In this document: positions 1 to 8,189 of the stretch, one piece after another | How the letters are laid out: every line of letters starts with the position of its first letter | How positions within the stretch are numbered: the first letter of the stretch is position 1 | From: Fonticula alba ATCC 38817 | Lineage: Eukaryota > Protista > Nucleariida | Assembly (NCBI GenBank): GCA_000388065.2 | Contig: KB932206.1 | Length of the DNA stretch: 13,718 nt | Strand: one strand, 5' to 3' | The notes under the pieces: model-generated | Told to the model about the DNA's origin: nothing | Databases searched by the model: none | The model's input: the letters and a program-made list of their open reading frames with translations, nothing else | Translations under genes and position numbers: made by a program

Positions 1-284
1 GAGCGGTCCCTAACCAGTAGTAAGATTTCCGGTATAGCTTCCGTCAAAGCTTCACTCCTTTGACGTAAGACTGGATCCGTGAGAACCCTGCTACACCATC
101 ATGTGGATCAGCAGCACAATCCCCGCGCCCAAGACCGACCTTCGTCCTGCCCTCTCTTCGCCTGCGACCTCAAGCCGGGGATTCTCCGCGCTATCATGGA
201 TGCCTGCCTGGATATACAATCCACCTTCTGCCAGAGAAGGCCCCTTCTCGCAGAAGGATTGCTTGATGCACGCCCACCCTCTCG

Positions 285-288
<4 letters not shown>

Positions 289-314
<26 letters not shown>
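289..314. repeat. (CA)13 microsatellite
   Basis: Perfect CA run read directly from the sequence, downstream of the SLC35F6-like stop codon. Confidence 0.95.
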
Positions 315-315
<1 letters not shown>

Positions 316-670
316 CATGCATTCAAGGACGTGTGTATATTATTGCTGGAAAGGGGGGTGTCATCCCCCCACGCTAACAGCGGGCAGGGGGGGCGGGGGG
401 GAGGGGGGGGGGGACGACGTACATTATCCCTCTGAGGGGGAGGAGGGGTGGTCTCAAAAGCTTCTCCTCCCCGCTCCCCCCTTCCTCCCTTTCCTGAAAC
501 ATCTCTCTCTCGCCCCCCGCCGTCTAGGAAGAAGAGCACATGGCGGCCGGCCGTTCGGCGACCACATTGCGCGGAGGCGCGCGTACACAACAACGGGAGA
601 AGGAGCGCCAACAGAAAGGGAGACGAAAAAGGGAAAAGGAGAGCACATGCGCGAGAGGGGATGGCCCCTC

Positions 671-3176
671 TCAGTCCATGTGGTCGGAGTTGTTGACGTT
701 CAGGACCAGAGGAGTGGTCTCGTTGTAGGTGTCGGGGTTGCTGCCAGCATGGACGGCACCACCGGCCTCAACATCCGGGGCATCCTCATCCTCCTTGGGC
801 AGGGCCTGGTAGGTGTCGTTGTCCGGGTAATAGAAGAAGCGGCGAATGCGGAAGACCTCGTTGTAGAAGAAGGTACCGGTGACCAGGATGATGAAACCGA
901 TAATCTGCACCCACACGAAGCTGGAGTCCCGGGGGGGGGGGGGGCACGAGAAGCNNNNNNNNNNNNNNNNNNNNNNNNNNNNNNNNNNNNNNNNNNNNNN
1001 NNNNNNNNNNNNNNNNNNNNNNNNNNNNNNNNNNNNNNNNNNNNNNNNNNNNNNNNNNNNNNNNNNNNNNNNNNNNNNNNNNNNNNNNNNNNNNNNNNNN
1101 NNNNNNNNNNNNNNNNNNNNNNNNNNNNNNNNNNNNNNNNNNNNNNNNNNNNNNNNNNNNNNNNNNNNNNNNNNNNNNNNNNNNNNNNNNNNNNNNNNNN
1201 NNNNNNNNNNNNNNNNNNNNNNNNNNGGGGGGGGGGGGGGGGGGGGGGGGGGACGCCGCATAGGTCAGAGCAGGAAAGCGGCTGGAGAGGGGGAGAAAGG
1301 AGGAGGGCGAGGGGCAGGGGCGCGCCAAGAGACGCCACCATCAGGCAGCAGGAGAGAGCAGGGAGAGGATAGGGGGCGAGATGGAGATGGCGCGCAAAGG
1401 ACACCCCCGAGGAAGACGTACGCCTCCCAGCCGAAGATCAGCGAGAACATCCACACGAAGAGCGTGCGCATGGCATCAATGGTGGAGCGGCTGGTGGCCG
1501 ACATGAACTTGGTCACGGACAGGCCGAAGAAGTTGAAGAAGGAGATGGAGATGACGGAGCCAATGGTGGAGATGAGGATGGCCGGGCTGTCGAAGAGGCG
1601 CATGAAGGCGAACTTCATGTCGAACATGCTGGCGAAGTCGTTCACACCAATCGCGAAGTGGAAGATCGGCATCAGGAAGGCAGTGGACAGACCGCCGAAG
1701 AGGCCCTCCAGACCGATGGCCAGCATCGGCGGGGCGTCATACTTGCCGAGGATCTTCTCCTCGACGACGAACTGGGTGGCGGTGAAAATCTGGGCACTGA
1801 TAATGAGGATGTCACCGAGAACGGGGTTCTTGGCGGCCGGGGCGTCATCACCGCCAGTCATCAGGGTGGAGGCCAGGCCGACGATGGTGACACCAGCGAT
1901 GACCAGGAACATGCCGACCCAGTGGAAGAGGTACTGCTTGCGCTTGAGGAAGATGACGGACATGATGCCGGTGAAGACCACCACACAGCCACGGAGCATC
2001 TGGTACACCGAGGCGTGGGTCAGGATCAGGCCGAGGTTCATGAGGGTGGTGGCAGTCATGTCGCAAAGGGCGGGAATCCACATGAGAAGGGANNNNNNNN
2101 NNNNNNNNNNNNNNNNNNNNNNNNNNNNNNNNNNNNNNNNNNNNNNNNNNNNNNNNNNNNNNNNNNNNNNNNNNNNNNNNNNNNNNNNNNNNNNNNNNNN
2201 NNNNNNNNNNNNNNNNNNNNNNNNNNNNNNNNNNNNNNNNNNNNNNNNNNNNNNNNNNNNNNNNNNNNNNNNNNNNNNNNNNNNNNNNNNNNNNNNNNNN
2301 NNNNNNNNNNNNNNNNNNNNNNNNNNNNNNNNNNNNNNNNNNNNNNNNNNNNNNNNNNNNNNNNNNNNNNNNNNNNNNNNNNNNNNNNNNNNNNNNNNNN
2401 NNNNNNNNNNNNNNNNNNNNGGTCTCAGCGGGGGCGAGGGGGGAGGGGGAGGGGGAGGGGGGGGGAACAGGCCATGACGAGGAAGCAGAGGGGAGGCGGG
2501 GGCGAGGGGCGGGGGTGGTGAGTAATCACGGAGAGGCCAACGGACGGGCCCTCGGGCCCGAGGGCCCAGGTGCGGACGTGGGTGCCGGAATGGAAGGGAA
2601 CAAGCAGGCATGCAGATCGAGATGTGCCCGCCGCGGCCGGTGGTGAACGTACCCGACAAGCATGTTGCCATCGTCGTAGACGGTGCCGGCCTGGGCGGCC
2701 TTGCGCTTGTTGAAGTAGCGCAGGATGTAGTAGACGATGAAGCAGATGAACTCACCCAGGAACATGGTGAAAGTCTGCAGGACCGGCTGCTCGAAAGGAA
2801 CGCAAGTGCCGTCCGGGGCATCCTCCGGACACTTGTCACAGTCATAGGGGTTGGCCGGGTCGGCGCACTCGAAGGACTGCAGGGACTGGAACTTGGTGAA
2901 GAGGGTGTTCATGGTACCTGCATTGGTTGAGCAGGCGACGGACCGGGGGATGGGGGGGGGAGAGGGGGAGCGAGTGTGAGCGTGTGTGTGATAAGGCGGG
3001 GACGAAAGGGCGCCCGTCCTCCTTCCCCCCGGGGCCTGGGAGGAAGTGAGAGGGACGATTGCAGCCGTGGGCGTTGACAGCGTACCGGTAACCAGCATAC
3101 CGGCCGCCAGAAGCAGGGCATAGTTGCGCTTCTGGGTGGCGGACATGCCCTCGTTCGCGGCCTCGGGCTTCGACAT
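671..3176 (-). CDS. SLC35F6: SLC35F6-like transporter (nucleotide-sugar transporter / DMT superfamily), 4 visible exons
   Basis: Exons on minus: 3176-3086, 2917-2653, (start hidden in gap 2093-2420)-1422, 920-671 (TGA at 671-673). The phase-checkable joins are GT-AG and restore frame (MLVTG|TMNTLFTK; IFGWEA|FVWVQIIG). The product has family-like motifs GMLVTGTMNT, QTFTMFLGEFICF, WIPALCDMTATTLM, ASVYQMLRG, QFVVEEK, GLEGLFG, FFNFFGLSVTK, SATSRSTIDAMRTLFVW and GTFFYN, plus many hydrophobic helices. The internal part is incomplete because of the gap. Confidence 0.88.
955..1226. other. Assembly gap (272 N) inside the last intron of the SLC35F6-like gene
   Basis: N run, with G14 nearby on the left (931-944) and G26 directly on the right (1227-1252). 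Confidence 0.99.
2093..2420. other. Assembly gap (328 N) hiding the intron 2 / exon 3 acceptor of the SLC35F6-like gene
   Basis: N run; the coding frame (SLLMWIPALCD) resumes at 2092 on the minus strand. Confidence 0.97.
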
Positions 3177-3528
3177 GATGAAGGCTCGGGGCGGAGGGGG
3201 GGAGGGGAAGGGCAGAGGGGAGGGGGGGGGCGGAGGGGAACGTGGCCGAAACGTGGGGCTCGCCAGGGCGCCCAGGGGAGCACCAGAAAAAGCCCCCTCG
3301 CGCGGGGCCTCGCCCGGCAGAAACCGGCCTCCAGGCTGGAGCAAGAGAGGGCGGCGAGGGAGAAAGAGACAGAGTTGGGGATGTGCTTTCCCTACGGAAG
3401 TATAGCCGAAGCACCAGTTAGGCCGACGAACACCTGTTCTAAGGCTTCCTCTCGAACCCCTTTTGTTACACGAATTGCTTTCTATTTTTGCTCGCCCCGC
3501 TAACTCGCCCCTAGGTCGAGTTACCTTG

Positions 3529-4233
3529 NNNNNNNNNNNNNNNNNNNNNNNNNNNNNNNNNNNNNNNNNNNNNNNNNNNNNNNNNNNNNNNNNNNNNNNN
3601 NNNNNNNNNNNNNNNNNNNNNNNNNNNNNNNNNNNNNNNNNNNNNNNNNNNNNNNNNNNNNNNNNNNNNNNNNNNNNNNNNNNNNNNNNNNNNNNNNNNN
3701 NNNNNNNNNNNNNNNNNNNNNNNNNNNNNNNNNNNNNNNNNNNNNNNNNNNNNNNNNNNNNNNNNNNNNNNNNNNNNNNNNNNNNNNNNNNNNNNNNNNN
3801 NNNNNNNNNNNNNNNNNNNNNNNNNNNNNNNNNNNNNNNNNNNNNNNNNNNNNNNNNNNNNNNNNNNNNNNNNNNNNNNNNNNNNNNNNNNNNNNNNNNN
3901 NNNNNNNNNNNNNNNNNNNNNNNNNNNNNNNNNNNNNNNNNNNNNNNNNNNNNNNNNNNNNNNNNNNNNNNNNNNNNNNNNNNNNNNNNNNNNNNNNNNN
4001 NNNNNNNNNNNNNNNNNNNNNNNNNNNNNNNNNNNNNNNNNNNNNNNNNNNNNNNNNNNNNNNNNNNNNNNNNNNNNNNNNNNNNNNNNNNNNNNNNNNN
4101 NNNNNNNNNNNNNNNNNNNNNNNNNNNNNNNNNNNNNNNNNNNNNNNNNNNNNNNNNNNNNNNNNNNNNNNNNNNNNNNNNNNNNNNNNNNNNNNNNNNN
4201 NNNNNNNNNNNNNNNNNNNNNNNNNNNNNNNNN
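3529..4233. other. Assembly gap (705 N), intergenic
   Basis: N run upstream of the SLC35F6-like ATG. Confidence 0.99.
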
Positions 4234-5485
4234 TGCCCCGGTGGTCTTCCCATGCGGGCCTTGCGTCAGCCGTGGGGGCCCAGGCCCGACGCGGGAAACC
4301 AAGCTGATGTTGTTGTGGCCGTGAGTCACTCGGGCCGGGAGAAAAGAGACCAGGGAACACAGAGGGCCACCAGGCAGCAGCAGCAGGACCTGGCAAATAA
4401 CAGGCCCTGCGGCAAATGTGCACATGCACTTTGCCGACCGCGCACGCCCGCGCCTCCCAGCCCCGGGGGGGGGGGGGGGACAAAAGCAGGGAGAGAGGGG
4501 GTCCGTGGGGTCTGTCTGGCCGCCTCCTGGGGGGGGAGGGCACCAAAAAAGGGGGGTAAGATCGCAGATGGCTTTTCATGGATGGGAGCCGAAGCCGGAG
4601 CGGAGGCAGAGCGGCCGGAATCGTTGTCACCCCTCACAGGATGGGGTAAAAACCGCCGGACCGGAAGTGGGCGATCCCCTGAGAGCGAAGGAGCGCGGCC
4701 TCTGCGTTCCCGCTCCCCCGTTCCATTCTGCTTGGGTCCTCCGTGGTGTCCCGAGTGTGTCGGGCCAGGTGTTCGTCCAAATATTAAATCGGCATTTCAC
4801 CACCAGGCACGTAAGCCGACAGAGGGGGCAGCATGCGGCACATGCGGCAGCACTTCCAGCCACCCGAGCCTGACCCGGGGGAATGCCCGCCAGGAGCGGG
4901 TGGGCCGGGGGGGGGGGGGGGGGGGGGCAAGGGTTCGAGGGATTAAGGGGGGGGGGGCCCCCCCATGCCCCCCCCCCCCCCCCGGTCCGTCCCCCCGGAC
5001 TCGGCCTCTGCCCTCGCAAGAGGGATTCGGGGGGACAAAAAGGCGCCCACCCCGGGAGGTCACGCATCCCCCGGGGGCTGGCGCTCCCTGACCCCCCGGA
5101 GCTGGGCTATTTTTTCCGGCCAACCCAGTGAGGACTAAAAACCGCCCGATGTCGACTCGCGGTCGCGGTGCCTCCGGCGCCGGGCTCCGGGGGAGGGCAG
5201 CACCACACACAGGCCCCCCCCCCCCCCGCCCTGCAAGAAGCGGATGTGTGTGCAGGCAGCGGCAAGGCGGTCCTCCCTCCAGCCCAGGGGGGGGGGGGGA
5301 TGCGGGGACCCGGGGCCGCCGCACCGCCCGCACTCTGCGCGAAGCGTTGTCACACGCGCTCGACCAGATCGGAATACCACTCTCCCCGGCCCACAATGGG
5401 GATCCACTTGCGTTCTGGGAATGTTGGGTTGTCTATTTTGATGGGTCGGGTCTTGGAGCACCGGGGTGCGGGTTGAGCAGGGGCG

Positions 5486-7463
5486 TCAGCATCCACGCGA
5501 CGCATCGCCGGCCGGAGACGAGTAGGTGCCGAACTCCGCGATCAGCCGCGCGCGCAGGGACTTCGGCAGGGTGCGCCGGCGGAGGCCGAGATTGCGCGAG
5601 TTCTCCGGGGTCTGGCTAAAGCGGGTTGACTGGATGCCGGTCCCGACGGCCAGCGAGTCCCCGATGACCGAGGTACGCCGCCGTTGCCCGGAGGCCGTGG
5701 CGGGGGTGGCATCGCCGCCGTCCACGGGGTCGGCATCGGCGGAGGCGGCCTTTGGGCGCTTGATCTTCTTTGGCACAGTCGATACCCGGCGCACTTGCTT
5801 GGCCAGAGACAGGCGCATGGTCCACAGGCTGAGAGACAGCCCCGGGTGGAAGGCCTCGGACATGGGGGTGACCATGGCCGGGGTGTCGGTCAGGTCAATT
5901 TGGCCGCGGGACAATGCCAGCTGCATCATGCTGCTGTGCAACTGCTCGATCGACTGATCACCGGGCTCCAGGGCGCCGGCCGCCGCGCGGAAGACATTCA
6001 GCAGGTCCGGCGCCGTGGCGGCGCCGGCCGGCTCTTCGGCCACCGGGGCATCGGTTGACCCGGACAGCGAGTCAACCCCAGGCTGGTGATTGACCGGGGC
6101 ATAGGCCGCCCGCAGGGCATCGGCCGACACCGAGACCGAAGCAGGCGGCGCCAGGCCGGCATGCATGTGGTTGCGCCGATCGGTGCCGAAGTAGGGATCC
6201 CACGTCAGGCCGGTGTCGGTGGCGGCCTGCGGGTGCCGGGCCGGCTTGCCGGGGCGGGGCGTCGAGTCGGCCAGTTGGGCCTCTTGTCCGCTCAGGCGCT
6301 CTCGCGTGGAAGCCAGCTGGAGGATGATCTGTCGACCGGTGGTCAGGCGCCCCTGGCGCACGGCCAGATTGCTGGGCAATGTGCGACCGCGGAACAGCAG
6401 CAGGCCACTCCTACTGGAGGGAACCGCGAGGGTGACGCTTTGGAAGGGCTCGCGTGCCAGGCTCAGCAGGGCCAGCGATCGATGCAGGGCAGCCGTATGT
6501 TCGCGCGCGTGGTACATCATCGTGGACCGGTGTTTGGCGAAGCTCGGCCGGCGGAGCATCTCCTCCGGCAGCAAGGCCGGGTGCACGGGGAAGCGGCTGC
6601 GTGTCTCGGGGAACTGCATGCGATAGCGCTTCGGCCGGCAGTCTTCGACCAGCATGCTGCGGAACTCCTGCACACCGCGCGAGCGCGCGCGCGGAGAAAG
6701 GGACACAGGCACGTGTGAGAAGAGGCGAAAGGTCCTTTGCTGCTCGTCTCGCGCCTCCCTCCTCCCCGCCTCCCCCTCTCCCCCCCGCCCCTCCCCCCAC
6801 CACCCCGGCCTCGGCGTGCAGACTTGCATCTTGCAAGGCGGGCCAGATACCCGCGGATGGCGCCATGTCAGGAGCATACCTCGTCCTCGGAGCGGCGGAT
6901 CTCGTCCAGCACGTCGCGCAGGAAGCCCACACGCCCATGGGCATGCTCTTGCAGATAACGCAGACAGTCGGCCCCGGTGGACAGGTCCAGGGTGCCTAGG
7001 TCGACCGGGTGGCTGGTGTGGTCCACGGCCGGGGGTGCCGTGCCGGCTTGCGTGCACTCATGCAGGTAGACCAGCGCGCGTCGGGTCACGCCGATGTGGT
7101 GGTACAGATCTGCGATGCTGGCGCTGGTGTGATTGTCCAACGTGGAGTATTTGTTCACCTGGATCTCCATCCGGGCGGTGTGGCGGATGAAGTGCCTGCC
7201 GGGCGGGGCACGCGGACAGTGGGTGCAGTGCAAGCCGCGAGCAGTTAGGAGGGGGGAGGGAGGGACAGAGGGCAGAAGCCCGGCAGGCATGCCTGCTGAT
7301 GCGTGTTCGGCAGCAAGCGGGAGGACAGGGGGGGAAAGGAACAAAGAGGCTCGTAAACGCATGGCAAGACGCACCCGATCACCGGGTCCTCGAAACGCTG
7401 GGCCAGCTTGACCAGATGCCGGTACCCGGCCAGGACCGCCGGGCTGGAGGCCCGCAGGGACAT
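5486..7463 (-). CDS. Uncharacterised ~528-aa protein with N-terminal LYR-motif (Complex1_LYR)-like domain, 3 exons
   Basis: Exons on minus: 7463-7375, 7195-6880, 6667-5486 (TGA at 5486-5488). Introns are 179 nt (GTGCGT...GGCAG, with CCTAAC branch-like site at 7244-7249) and 212 nt (GTATGC...TGCAG); phases are consistent. The start context is gcgccATG. The spliced N-terminus is MSLRASSPAVLAGYRHLVKLAQRFEDPVIGHFIRHTARMEIQVNKYSTLD. The gene model is well supported; the LYR assignment is by eye only. Confidence 0.75.
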
Positions 7464-8189
7464 GGCGCAGAGGGAGCACTCACCAAAGGGGGCAAGACCA
7501 GGGAGAGGAAGGCAGCGAGCAGAGGAGAGGGAAGTGGAGGAGGGCCTGCGTGAAAGGGCGGGTGGTGCGTAGCCAGGCAGGGAAATGGGGCTGTGCGCCG
7601 GCTTGCGGGGAGGGAAGTCAGACAGGCGGCTTTTCCCGTGGCAGCCATCCACCCGACACTCGCGCCCCCACAGCAGGGGATCTTGCCGGCTGGGGGCGTT
7701 CGGATGCTCCTCGCCGATCGCCCGTCCCCACAGGTGCTGGCCACCCCGTCCTCCGCGCCCTTCCCGGCCCCACGCCCGGCCCTGGGACCCTCTCGAGATC
7801 GTTCGACACCGGTCGCCGACGGTTCCCGGCCGCACACAGGGCGAGCGAAGCAAGGCGGACATGCGGATGTGCGGGCGTGTCTTTCTATGTGCCAACGATC
7901 TGGAGCGTTGGGGTATGATGGTGGTCGCGTTCGAGATCGACGCCCGCCCCTTTCGCCGCTCGAGCTCCCCCCGCCCACTGCCCCCGCCCACTGCCCCCGC
8001 CCATCCCTACATGTCAGGGGGCCGGCCCCGCCCACCACACAGGCCGACAAAAGCACACACTAGCCCGGTCCCAAAAGGAGCTGACTTGGGGCGCCGGCTG
8101 GCGTGCGCGCGAGCCGCGCCGGTCAGACGACCCGACCCCCTCCCGCCCCTCTCGCGTCCACCTACCCCCTGCCCTCTTCCTTCGCCGCC
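7464..8189. promoter_or_regulatory. Probable bidirectional promoter / 5' UTR region (726 bp)
   Basis: Lies between two divergent ATGs (7463 minus, 8190 plus). Inferred from geometry only; no TSS evidence. Confidence 0.5.

Noticed and set aside
79-435. Plus-strand ORFs at the window start (79-435; 101-1372)
   Set aside because: No recognisable motifs, they run through a microsatellite, G runs and a gap, and there are no consensus splice sites in this organism's style. A terminal exon of an upstream gene cannot be excluded but is unsupported.
879-2521. Long plus-strand ORFs 879-2477 and 1658-2521
   Set aside because: Antisense shadows of the SLC35F6-like CDS, kept open by strong C-ending codon bias and N runs.
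4322-4668. TGAGTCA (AP-1/GCN4-like, 4322-4328) and ACCGGAAGT (ETS-like, 4660-4668) motifs
   Set aside because: Single short matches expected by chance; ETS factors are metazoan, and there is no TSS context.
4832-4849. CATGCGGCA x2 tandem, plus similar two-copy repeats at 8409-8430 and about 12585-12606
   Set aside because: Ordinary slippage duplications in low-complexity non-coding DNA; no spacer structure, so not CRISPR-like.
5486-7057. 523-aa ORF as a stand-alone single-exon gene
   Set aside because: Its first ~130 residues are intron and out-of-frame exon read-through; the coherent model splices in at 6667.
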